Shown: one piece after another, positions 27,796 through 39,379 of the stretch | How positions within the stretch are numbered: position 1 is the stretch's first letter | Layout: every line of letters starts with the position of its first letter | From: Lama glama | Lineage: Eukaryota | Assembly (NCBI GenBank): GCA_028534125.1 | Contig: CM052818.1 | Span: forward strand, 40,736,001-40,800,000 | Reading direction: 5' to 3' | DNA length: 64,000 nt | Position numbers and translations under genes: made by a program | Notes under the pieces: model-generated | Database searches by the model: none | Told to the model about the DNA's origin: nothing | What the model saw: the letters and a program-made list of their open reading frames with translations, nothing else

Positions 27796-30561
27796 AAAAT
27801 AAAATAAAATAAAATAGGGTAATAAAAGAGCTTACCTCCTAAGATTGTCATCAGGATGAAATGAGTTAATACAAGGAGAGCTTCCAGCATCGTACCCAGT
27901 ACAGGGTAACAACAAACATCAGATGTCTAGATCCATGCAGCCAAATAGACTGCGACTCAGAGAAGCAAAGTGGCTTATGTCAACTCAAGGAGCCATAAGC
28001 AGGTAGAAATCGGGCTGAAGCCCAGGTCTCCAGTCCTAGTCTGTTCTCTGCGATGTCTCCTTGTTTTTTCACCCTGGCAGATCTCCCTTCCTGACACCTG
28101 AGAAGAAGGGACAACAAGCACAGCCACCTGCCTCCCTGGGCAGCTGTCCCCGCCCACCTGCCAGAGACCCTCAAGCCCCGCCCCGTCTCATTGTCTCCCC
28201 TCCGAGGCAGAAGGCCCTGCAGGGCTCCCACAGAAGCCCTGCAATGAAGGGAAGCCTCGCTTCCTAATGGGGTTGTTGTGAAGATTAAATGAGATAATGC
28301 CTGGCAAAGTGCCGAGCAGAGTAGCTGGCATACAGTATGCAGCCAACAAATGTTACCTATTAAAAAAGGAAGAAGAGGAGGAGGAAAACCCTGTGGTGCC
28401 TGCTCTCTGAGCTGACACACATCCCAGCCCCAAATGCCAGACACGAGGCAGATGGAGATCTCTGGTGCAACAGAGGGAAGCAGAGGCTGAAGGATTACAG
28501 TGAAGGGCAACATTCACTGAAGACAGAAGAGGGGGCTGGAAAACCCACTCATCCCCTCCTTTTCTAAAGAAACAATACTAAGGAAGAAGAAAAAAAAACT
28601 CAGCCGGTGCTTTGCTGGCAAACTCCAGCATCAGAGCATTTGATTTTTAATATTTTAACATTTCTGAACAGGACAAAGACTGCTTCCAACCTCCCAATTT
28701 GTTCTCATGCACTTGACCAGCAAAACCTTAGCTTTGCCGCATTCATTAATGGCTTTCCTTATTCGGGCTGATTTTCCAGATAATAATGGCTCAGACACAA
28801 GATTGAGTCAAAACAGATCCTGCAAGTCTCCTTAGAATATTCACAACATGCTCTGGATTCAGAGTTCTTGAGGACTTCAGTATCGTCCCCTCCCTACCCC
28901 AATATTGACAAGTCCTGGTTCTGAAATGACTGACAATACTAGAACAGGAGAAGGAAGGAATCCGGTGAGAAAAAATAGACTGGGAGCAGAAGCATGTGCT
29001 GTGTACTACCGAGGCCTGCCCCAGAGACGGTGGGCTGGCTGTAAACACCTACTAAATGAATCAATGTCCCCAAGCAGTTTCACAACCCAGGTGAAGCGTG
29101 AGACCCACCCAGTACACCAAGTGCAATCACAGAATCAGTGCCACCCTCTGTCATCTGAGACATGTGAGGAGAGAGAGGCACCAGGGCATACGCCTTTAGC
29201 CAGGGGGCAGGTGCTCAGGAAAATGCGTGCTTCCTGTTTACCTGAGCAGGAATTTGCAAGCAGTCTAGAAAGGGGAGCAACTAGGGATAACTTGCACATT
29301 TCGAAGTGAATGCTAATGCAAATCACTTAAGCAAATACATGAAAAGGGACGGGAGGTTTCTGTTCTGGTTTTCCTCAGCTGCCACACTCTGGGAGGGTGA
29401 AATGAAAGACAAAAACCAAGAATCGGGCGGAACCGCAAGTCTACTCTCCAGGAGGACGATGAGAAACAGCCCCACCCCCCACACGCCCCAGCATCAAACC
29501 AGGGCCCCGGGTCACTCCGGCGGCTGGAGGCTGTTCTTTGCTGCCCTCCATCCCTGTCACGGGCTGCCTGAGTTAGACTACTGGCCCAGTGTCTCCGCCG
29601 AGATGCTACAGACACCAAGGGCGCAAACGGTGCTCCTTTCCCCGAAAAAGACGGCAGGAGACAGAGCAGGGGAAGCAGGGGGGTTGGGGGGCGGGGGAAC
29701 GGGGGGTCAGAATGATCCCTGCAATGCGAAAAGCGCCCGGCCTGGCTTGCCGCGGCCCCTGCCGGCAGGTCTGGTTCGCTCGCCAGCCGATTCACCTCAA
29801 AAAGTCGGGCAGCCACCCAGAGGGACCCGCGAATGGGAAGTTCCCAACCCCGGGGCACCCACTCCCATCACTACCACTGATCCAAACGCAGAGTCTGCAG
29901 GCGACTCCACACGGGCCCTGTAAGCCCCAAGCACTTCCCACCCGGAGCGCGCCTGCAGTTCCTGGGCGCAGCGCCGCCCCGGAGCAAGGGCCCTGGGTGC
30001 GCTCTTGCCTGCAGCTGTCGCGGGGCGCCTTGCACCGCGGCAGGGCAAAGGGGAGGGGGAGTGACAAAGAAGAAGGCGGAGCAGGCGGTCTGGGAAGCAC
30101 TTACATTCGTTGGGAAAGCGCCTCCTCTCGAGAAAGAGAAGCAACGGCTTCCCGGCTAAGGAAACGCCCCAGGGATGCCCCTCCGCGAAGTGCCGCCTTT
30201 TCCCGGCCTCTCGATTCTCCCGCCTCCAGTCCGTCCTCCACCCCACGTCTAAGACTGGATTCTAGACACCCTCCCTGCGGCTTTCCGAGGGACCTAGACA
30301 CTGTCCCCGCTGCCGGCAGCTCAAGCAACAGGCGGATCCTTAGGGCTTCAGCGACGACGGGCGCGGGGGACCAGAGGATGGGGAAAGCCGGAGACTAGGC
30401 GCCCAGCAGGATGCAGAGTCTCCTGCGGGTGTAGATCTGCAGGGTCGTGCACCCGTGGGCTGGGCCGCAGAGGGACTGGGCAGCAAAAGGTGGGGAAAGT
30501 TGTGGGGTCGCATGGAGAAGTCTCCAGGAGCGCGCGGGGAGGTGGGGACACAAGCAGGTAC

Positions 30562-30700
30562 CTGCAGGAGTCCGGGCGCTTCTAGCTGGCTCCGCTCTGC
30601 GACGCCGCCCGCCCGCGCTGCAGGGATCTGGCGTCTCCGCGCGGCCCCGCGCCCGCCGCGGCGGCGGCGAGGAGAGCGGAGTGGCCGGCGTCGGTCCGTG
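30562..30700 (-). other. KCNS3: KCNS3 non-coding first exon (probable main; TSS approximate)
   Basis: Lies just downstream of the GC-box cluster and ends at a donor CTGCAG|GTACCT (GT at 30561-30560). Confidence 0.55.
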
Positions 30701-31317
30701 GGTCGGTCCCGCCCGGCAGGAGCGCAGCGGCCCGGAGCCGCCGGCGGGGCGGGGCGGGGCTGGGCGGGACTGGCCGCTCGGCCGCCGCCCCGTTGGTCCC
30801 AGCTCCGCCCGCCACCTCGCTTCGGGCTTGCAGTTGATGCTCCCGGGGCCGAGGGCGCGGCGCTTCGCCGCGGGGAGTTGCTGGGGCTCTGGTCGCGCGA
30901 CGCGAGGACTGATGGATGAACAGAGAGGCGGCCCCGCGGGGCGCGCGCCCCTGTCCAGGCCCAAGTGCAGAGTCACCCCCGGAGCGGCGCGTCGGGTCCA
31001 AGTAGGACCCGGAGCACTCCCTGCGCCTCCCACCTGCGCACCCTCGGCGGCTGGGAGCACCTTGACCGTGTGCGAGACAGTCGACCTCGTCCGCGACCTG
31101 GAGGAGGCAACACCCTCTTGAAAGTCGCGGCTCAGGCGACACTGTGAATTTGCCGGGATTGTCTTAGGAAGTATCGAGGCCCCCAAGTTGTTTTCAAACA
31201 AAGTGCGAAGGAGGAAACAGCCCCTGGTCCTGCCTCTTTACCACCAGCCCCGCTGCCTTAAGACTCCTTGCACAGTGCAGAGCAAGATTGGTTTACATTC
31301 TCCGTTCCTCGACTTAC

Positions 31318-31500
31318 CAGGTCAGAAGAGGTGACATAGACTGAGCGGAAGGAGGACGAGTCGGGCCCCCTTGCCGAAGACTGGAAGAGGGGGTCAGAGG
31401 GAGATGACTTGGGCCGAGGTTGAGGAACAAACCACAAACTCAGCGAGGGCAGCGTGTGGTCGGGAAGGCGTCGGCCACCCCTCTGCAGTGAGCGAGAACG
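31318..31500 (-). other. KCNS3: KCNS3 candidate upstream alternative first exon (5' end unknown)
   Basis: Consensus donor CTG|GTAAGT (GT at 31317-31316) at the distal edge of the island, ~750 bp upstream of the other donor. Confidence 0.4.
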
Positions 31501-32324
31501 CTCAGTGAATCGCCCGAGGAGAAATGGGAAGCTCGGGGACCCACCCCCGCGCTCCCCCTCCCGCCCCCGAATTGCAGATTTTTAAGTTGTGCAGACTTGC
31601 AGTAATTCCTCGGAGCCAGCTGCTCCAAGCTGTAGGCGCCCAGTGTTCCCTGGGTTCCCGCCCCATATCACGCAATCTGCCAGCTGCCCCCAGCCCAGTA
31701 CCTGCCGATCGCTCGCCTCAGACGAGAAGGACCACACATAGTTAAGTTCCAGGCCTTGAGCCATGCACACGAGAGGGGATGTGGGTAAAGGGACGCACGG
31801 AAAAGGGGAAAAGACTTTCTCTTACACCGAGGCACCCGATGGATGGTGTCTGGGTTTTCTCATTGTTTTCGTTTGATGGAAACCCACAGTGGGAGTTAGA
31901 GATAAGGGAGCAATGCTTACAGTATCTGGTAGGCTTTTAGAAGAAGCTGAAACCTGCACCTTACAGGGAGGTCTGGTTGAAGGAGTGGGTAGTCGCCATC
32001 AGGGACGGCATAGGAGAACAGAAAACATCTTCTTCCAGCACGTTCATTTGGCTCATGGACGGCCAGGTGGGGATGCAGATGGCTGCAGAACAGGTGTTTG
32101 GAGCCCCTCTGACCCTGGTCCCATGCTTCTTTGTTTCCATAAGCCTGCCCCCTCTCTTTTGGAAGAGGATCTAAAGCATTTGTCTACACTGCTGTTAGCA
32201 AGCGCCTGATAAAGGTAAATTTTCATACATCATTCCTCATCTTTAGCATAAAATCTAAGATTATTCTAAAAATGTTTACATCATAGCAACACCTGAGAAT
32301 ACTCCCAGATCTGTCCCAGCAGTT

Positions 32325-32560
32325 GGTAGTGTACAGTACAATACTCCAGTCATACAGGAACATACATATATTCGTTTTCATATTCTTTTCACCATGGGCC
32401 ACTACAAGATATTGAATATAATTCCCTGTGCTATACAGTATAAACTTGTTGTTTATCTATTTTATGTATATTAGTTAGTATTTGCAAATCTAGAATTCCC
32501 AATTTATTCCTTCTCATCCCCTTCCCCCCAACCCCGCCCCGATACCCATAAGTTTGTTAC
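32325..32560 (-). mobile_element. Lineage-specific L1 3' fragment
   Basis: Reverse of AACAAACTTATGG...GATAAACAACAAGTTTATACTGTATAGCACAGGGAATTATATTCAATATCTTGTAG. Same family as the 55.4-55.7 kb copy. Confidence 0.8.
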
Positions 32561-33082
32561 TTAATCATTTTTAAGTCACCAAGTTTATCCAAAAAGTCTG
32601 GCATTGTTTACTTGAGAATGAACTATGTTTTGAATCCCTAAGCACTGCAGAAGGCATCTGCAGTGCAGAAGAGTCAGGAACGAGGTCCTCATGCGGTCTG
32701 GATGGCACATGTGAACTGGAGAGAAGGCACACATGGGGGTCAGAAAGGGCCCCCACTTGGTATCTGTGAAGTCTGGGGACAGAAAGGACAGGCCTCCACT
32801 CTGGGCATATTTGGGGGAGAGGGTGGAGGGGGCACAAATGTGAGAGACAGACAGACTGGGGTTCTCATCCTGCTGTATGTACCCTGTGGGGAGCCCTGGG
32901 AGCAAGTCACTTAGCTTTTCAGCCCTGGTTTCCTCCTCTGTTAAGAAAATTTTCTCCTTCAGAGGGTGATCATGTGGAGCAAATGAAATAATAAACACGA
33001 AAGCACTTCGTGGACCATAAAATATATGTCTGTTCCCTGAAAGCTTACCAAGGTTAAGCCAAGCCAAGTGGTGAATGCACTC

Positions 33083-33084
<2 letters not shown>

Positions 33085-33129
<45 letters not shown>

Positions 33130-33139
33130 TACACACACA
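33085..33139. repeat. (CA)n microsatellite
   Basis: Direct reading. Further CA tracts at ~40783-40865, 42244-42285, 52379-52407, 59637-59715 and 61827-61880. Confidence 0.95.
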
Positions 33140-33479
33140 GCCACACCCTCGCCTCTGTGTCTAGAATCCTCTCCTCTGACCTCAGTCTCCATTACCACAA
33201 TGCATGCTGGGATCTCTCTGACTGCCTCCTTCCTCCCACCCCATCAAAATGTCTTTACACCCCATGATAGGACACCCCATATTTCTTTCACTAACCACGC
33301 CCATAGGAAAGCATCTGGACAAGCCATGCATTAGACTGTGAGGGGTTAATCACCAGCTGCTAATAGTCCTCACCCCTCCATAGTTTCAGAGAGGACTCCC
33401 AGACTCAGTGGAGGCATCTCAAGCAAAGGTGGGATCTGTGCAATTCGTGGCCTCCATATCAGCTAATCTTTTATTCAAA

Positions 33480-33597
33480 CATTTATTTTAATTGTTTTAA
33501 TTTGTTTTATTATTTTTTAACAGAGGGACTTGGGATTGAACCCAGGACCTCGTGCCTGCTAAGCATGTGCTCCACCACTGAGCTATATCCATCCCCC
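33480..33597 (-). mobile_element. tRNA-derived camelid SINE (Vic-1-like)
   Basis: Reverse complement reads GGGGGATGGATATAGCTCAGTGGTGGAGCACATGCTTAGCAGGCACGAGGTCCTGGGTTCAATCCCAAGTCCCTC, with A and B boxes and an A-rich tail. ATTTATTTTAATT occurs on both sides. Confidence 0.85.
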
Positions 33598-36328
33598 AAA
33601 AAAATTTATTTTAATTTTTTAACATATCCCATAGGACCCCATCCAAATCTTCTCCACTCTAAACCCTGGAATGTCTCCATCCCAACCCAATCTCTGGGTC
33701 TCATCCTTAGCAGATGACCTGGTCACCTAATGACTGAGAAGAAAGAGACCATGAAGGTGTGGTCCCTCAACTTCCATCTTGTCCACCTTGAACTCTGTCT
33801 GAGGCTTCATGCATCTTCTCTTTTTCTCCTGCTTTGAGGAAGGATGCTTAAGCCCAAGTACTTTGGAGAATCAAAATAATGCTGACTGAGAGAGCCAAGA
33901 GACAGAGAAAGAGGGCTTTAAACACACAGGTTTCAGAGTTGCGTCCAGGCTCGCCCACTTACCACCTGTGCTACCTTGAGCATGTGACTCTACTTTCATT
34001 CATTAACTCCTTCAACTTGCACTTGAAGGTCTGCCGAGTGCCAAGTGTACTAAGCACGGCTACAGTTTAACCATATGAAACAGGGTAATAATAATGCTCA
34101 CTTAAAAGTGTATGATGAGGCTTTAGTGCCCCACCAAGCACAAGAGGGAGTAATAAACATGAATTATCATCCACTTTCCTTTCTGTCCCTCAGTACCCAT
34201 GCTCCTATTCTGTATATAAAGGGGAATTTCTCATAAACAAAATAAATTCCTAGTTGGATAATGAGGAGTATCAGTATAAATCCCACATAAACTTCAAAGC
34301 ACACCCTTCTGTTCTCACAATAAATTACTAGGTTATGAGTGACTAATTGAGCGGCATTCTCGTCATGTGTAAACCATCCCAGGACAGAGTTTCCAAGTCC
34401 TGCCAAATGATGACAGGCAGGATCCCTTAGGCAAGGAGCCTGGCAACACGTCTTCCAAATCTGCTCTTCTTAACAATCCAAAGAGCTACGTTTCTATTCC
34501 CTTACTCCCCTAGTCAACAAATGTTTTCTGAACATTGACCTCATACCTGGTTCAGTGCAAAGACCCAGGATTATTGAACGTGAATTTCAAGGACTCAGAT
34601 TCAGAGCTGCAAATTTTTTTTTATGTTCTTTATTTCTTGCTCATTGACTTCACTCTTAAGAATGCACATCTGCATGGCCACAGAAAACAATCCTGGTAAT
34701 TCCAGGAAAATCTGGTGATTCCTAGAGTAAAATTCTGTCAACTCAGGCTCCTCCCCTGCCATCTTTCCCTGATCCTCTGAGGCCTCTGTGATCCGTGGAG
34801 GGTTGTGTATCATCCCAGCAGTGGGAATAAGTGGAGTAAAGTCTCCACAGTAGGCCTCCACTGGGATGGACTTCCCACTGCTTGACGTTCATCTATCACC
34901 ATCATCACTCATCACTGGTCTCCATGTTTTTGCTGGACCCTCAGTTGTTGTTGAATGCATTCTGCTCCCTCATGGTTGTGGCCCTAGTGCGTTGGGGCCA
35001 ACACCCCACTTACAACACTTCTGCAGTATCCCTGCAGGATTCAGAAACTCCCAGTCCATTTTCCTGCACTACATGGGCCGGAAGGCACCCTGGAAGGTAC
35101 ACATAGTCCCACGTGCTGGGACAGCTCACTCAGCTGCCACTAATCTTTGGCTTGAGCACCATGCTGAGAGCACATATCTCTATGTGGTTTTCAAAAATGG
35201 ATACTGGTATCCTTTGATCTCAGATCCTTCCAAACTCACCTGGGACACCCATCTTCCTCCCATTCTTAGGGTTTTTATCAACTCTCTCAGATCTAAGTCC
35301 CAAAGGTCTTTTTATCATCTGATAGCTTTGCTCTCTCAACTCTATGCAGGTAAACTGGTACCTTATCTATGCTCTTTCCCAGTCTACTGTCTGTGCCAGA
35401 ACCTCGGCTCCTGAGCTTCTGTAATGAATCTCTTTCCCTGGAAATTATCGTTATGGGCTTTGAGAGCCTATTTTGCAAGTCAAAAGTGAAACTCTGACAT
35501 TTCTTTCTCTCTGCATTCTTGTAACAACAATGCTTATCCTAGCCTCTGACTAAATAGGGGAAAGACTGTGAACACAAAATGTGGAAGGGAGAAGCACTCT
35601 GATTAATATGTTAAAATATTATCTCACTACAGATACATAACCGTACATGGTCCTTGCCACTGAAAATCTCACGGTCAACAGAAAATTTTCACCAAATGGC
35701 AAGTTAGGCCAATTGACCGGATTCAACACAAACTCCAAAGATGGGCTCTAATTGGCAAAATTGGTTTGTAAAGTAACCCATAGATCCAGCTCTAGCCCTA
35801 ACATCTGTGGGCCAGGTCAGGGGCACAGATCAACGTCCCCAGACACTCTTGCCTTCCCATTCTGGTTCCTTCCAACAGCATAAGGGAACCTCACTCTCAA
35901 CCGAATAAACACACTAACCCACTCATCCAACACATCTACAAGGCCTGCTTTCAGAATAATTTTCTCAGATGTCTTCTTATCCAGAGACCACGTTTAGGTT
36001 AACGCCTTGGCTAGGTGGTCCTGTGGACCATAAGGGAGTGTAAACACGAATCCCAAACCTGACTGTCAGAGTGGAAACAAATCATTTCACCCAAAATCCA
36101 AACCAAATCAGACAAGCTTTCTTGTCAGCTCCATTTGCCAACAGGTGGACTTTTTTTTTTCTTTCTAGCCTTTTCCTACGTATTTGTCCTTTTATGAGTC
36201 CAGACTTTGTGCAAGGGTGATAGTTAATTTCTGCAATCACTGGATTTACAAGGTTGATTAGAGCAAAAGGTGGGTGGGTCTTGGAGAATGCCAGGGTGAT
36301 TATCTTTGCTCAAAAAAAGAGAGTAATT

Positions 36329-36431
36329 GGGAAGGTGGTCATAGCTCAGTGGTAGAGTGGGGTTCAATCCCCAGTACATCCATTAAAAAAAGAAATAAAA
36401 ATTATTGGAAAAAAGAGGAAAGAGAGCAATT
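36329..36431 (+). mobile_element. tRNA-derived camelid SINE, internally deleted
   Basis: ATAGCTCAGTGGTAGAGTG joined directly to GGGTTCAATCCCCAGTAC. TSD AAAGAGAG(T/C)AATT at 36316-36328 and 36419-36431. Confidence 0.8.
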
Positions 36432-37129
36432 TAACAACATAAGGATGGAGACATATGTTTGGACATCAGCCACTGTGTCCCAGGGCTCTGTGTTTTAGCA
36501 GGTGACACATGTCTGGGGGAGGCGCTGCGGCTGGTTTGTCAGGGTGGTGGTGGCGGTGGCTGGGGCAGCAGTTATGATGTAGTTGCTGTGTTTCCGTTTT
36601 TTGCTTCCTGGACATCCAGAGTGCCCTTGATTCTTGTCCACTCCCAGTGTAATCTTCTGGGCTCTCAGGAAGTCTGTGAGCTCCCAGGAAATTACTCTTT
36701 GATTACATTTGTCAGTCATTTTTCAGTTGTTAGCTGCCAGGAACGCGATCAAATTCAAATACCACCAAAAAGGCCCGGTTTTTTTCCCCCGGCTTCTCTG
36801 CCTCTCTGAATCTTCTCAAGGAACAATTAGCCAGCCTTTTATTCTCCTCCAGCTTGGGCAGGTCTGAGTGACATCCTCTCCTGCCGCGGTGACATTCCCA
36901 GGCTGTCAGCCGTGCCCCCTTCTTTGGGAGACGGGTCCCTTTGCCACTCCAGATTGCCCAGGGTCTTCATTGCAAGTGATGCCGATGGTCTGAGAGTGGG
37001 TCTGGCAGGACAGGAGACCTAAATCCCCGCGCTTCCATCTGGTTGATGACAAAAGAGAACATTAACATTTGCTACAGCTGGAACCCAGGCCTGCCCCCAG
37101 CACCCCAACTCAGCCTTGATGTAATTATA

Positions 37130-37740
37130 ACTACCTACTTTATTACTAAGAGCTCCACACTGTGAACGGGGTGTTGAGCTTTGCCTTCAGATTAGCTCCA
37201 CAAATTTTGTCAACACCACAAGTGCTTCTCCTCCTCTTTCTCTGGATAGAACGCCATTTCCGAGCCTTTGAAGCAGGCATCGGTGTGTAATACGAAAGGC
37301 TCGTTAAAGTCAGCAAACCTCGATGTGGAATCCTTGTCTAGCCCTTCGTTGGAGTTCAGACCACTTCTCACAGACCTCAGGTCATCTCTATCCCGCGCAA
37401 GCGCAGAGGCTGATGCCCCCATCCATCCATCACAGCCCTGCAGGTGCCCGGGCAGTCTGTCTGCTGGTGAGAAACCTGTAATCCTAACTTACTCTTTTCT
37501 AACTGTCCAAACTCTCGTCTGAACACCACTCCCAGTGAATTCAGTTCTCTTGGATGGTGAGCCCGGTTCACTTGGTGCTGGAAGAAACCTTTACAGCTCA
37601 GAGCTCACTCCCAGGTAGAAAGCTGCCCAACACTTACTTCTCAGAGACCCTGGAGAACTCACACTTGTCGGGAAGTATCAGCTCTGGCTCCCCAGGGCAG
37701 GCTACCTCTCAGAGGACCATTTCTAACAGCCCTCCAACTC
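37130..37740 (-). mobile_element. Ancient Gypsy/Ty3 LTR-retrotransposon pol fragment (RT end plus RNase H), MamGyp-int-like
   Basis: One minus-strand frame reads FADFNEPFVLHTDACFKGSEMAFYPEKEEEKH...HPVHSVELLVIK*VV, against Gypsy RNase H ADF..PF.LHTDAS..GLGAVLYQ...YPAHKLEFLALKWAV. Upstream are RT-like pieces FSRVSEK*VLG, KVSSST and DDLRSV. Confidence 0.75.
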
Positions 37741-38261
37741 CTTCTATATAAAGTAAAATATGCAACCACGATCACACAGCGAATATTTGAGAATTCATTC
37801 AACCAGCTGCTAGAACAGGGCTAGCACTTTGGAGAAGACCAAAATGAAAAAAAAATCATAATTATCATCTCAAAAAAGTTGCAAGGCCGTTCCTTCCTTT
37901 TCGTCCTCAACCATGAATTCATCCAGTGATACTCACGTCTAAAATCTAACCCTGAAAACCACTGACCAACAGCCCAACACACTAGGGTATTCCAAACGTG
38001 GGTGTATTTTTAATCCATTTATTTAGTGTCCAGTAAGTCATACACATTTTAATTTTTCAGATTTTTTTTGTGCTCTAATGTGAATAGAGATACAGACGAA
38101 TTTAAGGTGTGCATATAATGTCATTGATTTCTTTAATATGCTTCCTTAAATCATTACTCTGTGACACAATGGTTCTTTGGGAAGATTCGTCTAATTTTGC
38201 ACAGGACATATTTATACTCAAAAATTTAACGGAATAATACATATATACACATACACACACC

Positions 38262-39047
38262 TGTATCAGCTTAGCTGTTATCACAAAAATATCATAGACT
38301 GGGTGGCTTAAACAACACACATTTATTTCTCACAGTTCTGGAAGCTGGAAAGTCCAAGATCAAGGATTCAGCAGATTCGGTTCCTGGCGAGGACACACAG
38401 CCNNNNNNNNNNNNNNNNNNNNNNNNNNNNNNNNNNNNNNNNNNNNNNNNNNNNNNNNNNNNNNNNNNNNNNNNNNNNNNNNNNNNNNNNNNNNNNNNNN
38501 NNNNNNNNNNNNNNNNNNNNNNNNNNNNNNNNNNNNNNNNNNNNNNNNNNNNNNNNNNNNNNNNNNNNNNNNNNNNNNNNNNNNNNNNNNNNNNNNNNNN
38601 NNNNNNNNNNNNNNNNNNNNNNNNNNNNNNNNNNNNNNNNNNNNNNNNNNNNNNNNNNNNNNNNNNNNNNNNNNNNNNNNNNNNNNNNNNNNNNNNNNNN
38701 NNNNNNNNNNNNNNNNNNNNNNNNNNNNNNNNNNNNNNNNNNNNNNNNNNNNNNNNNNNNNNNNNNNNNNNNNNNNNNNNNNNNNNNNNNNNNNNNNNNN
38801 NNNNNNNNNNNNNNNNNNNNNNNNNNNNNNNNNNNNNNNNNNNNNNNNNNNNNNNNNNNNNNNNNNNNNNNNNNNNNNNNNNNNNNNNNNNNNNNNNNNN
38901 NNAAGAGAGCTCTCTTCTTTTCCTTCGAAGGACACTAATCCCATCATGAGGTTCCGCTCTAATGACCTATTTCAACCTTAATTATCATCACATTGGAAGC
39001 TGGGACTTCAACGAATGAATTTGGGGAGGACACATTCAGCCTGTAAC
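38262..39047 (-). mobile_element. MLT1A/B-type MaLR solo LTR spanning the assembly gap
   Basis: Left flank: AGACTGGGTGGCTTAAACAAC..TTTCTCACAGTTCTGGAAGCTGGAAAGTCCAAGATCAAGG. Right flank: GGACACTAATCCCATCATGAGG..GAATTTGGGGAGGACACATTCAG. Confidence 0.85.
38403..38902. other. Assembly gap, 500 N
   Basis: Run of exactly 500 n. Confidence 0.99.
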
Positions 39048-39379
39048 TACTACGCTCACACACATACGTATATAGTGTGTGGATACTTTTTCTTTTGCTA
39101 AATCTGGCAACATATCTCCTACCAGTACATCCCCTGCATGCTCCCTCCCCAACCCCACCTTCAACATACGCACACAAATGCATTACCTTGAGAAACTGTT
39201 GGCATCCACACTGGTGCCCTGGACATCGCAGCTCCCTCTGTGACCGCAGATCCGATATCTGTTCATGTCCTCCTGCCAGCTCTGCTTTATGTTGAAGAGC
39301 TCGCCTCTCTCCTGAAGGAATCCAGCTTTCTCTCTAAAACACCCATGTTGAATGACATGCATTTATAAAATTCTCTGCA

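Larger units (their letters stand above)
29650..31750. promoter_or_regulatory. KCNS3: CpG island / promoter of KCNS3 (Kv9.3)
   Basis: Very GC- and CpG-rich block with tandem GC boxes (GGGGCGGGGCGGGGC, 30746-30760). It lies ~31 kb downstream of MSGN1 and upstream of a recognisable KCNS3 5'UTR exon on the same strand, as in the human gene order. Confidence 0.85.

Noticed and set aside
29306..31201. Long overlapping ORFs (150-269 aa) on both strands
   Set aside because: Low-complexity Pro/Arg/Gly/Ala translations caused by stop-codon scarcity in a CpG island; no recognisable domain.
33520..33597. tRNA gene
   Set aside because: A and B boxes are present, but the A-rich tail, flanking duplication and lack of a clean acceptor stem mark it as a SINE.
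38360..38947. 195-aa ORF
   Set aside because: Artefact of translating through the N gap.
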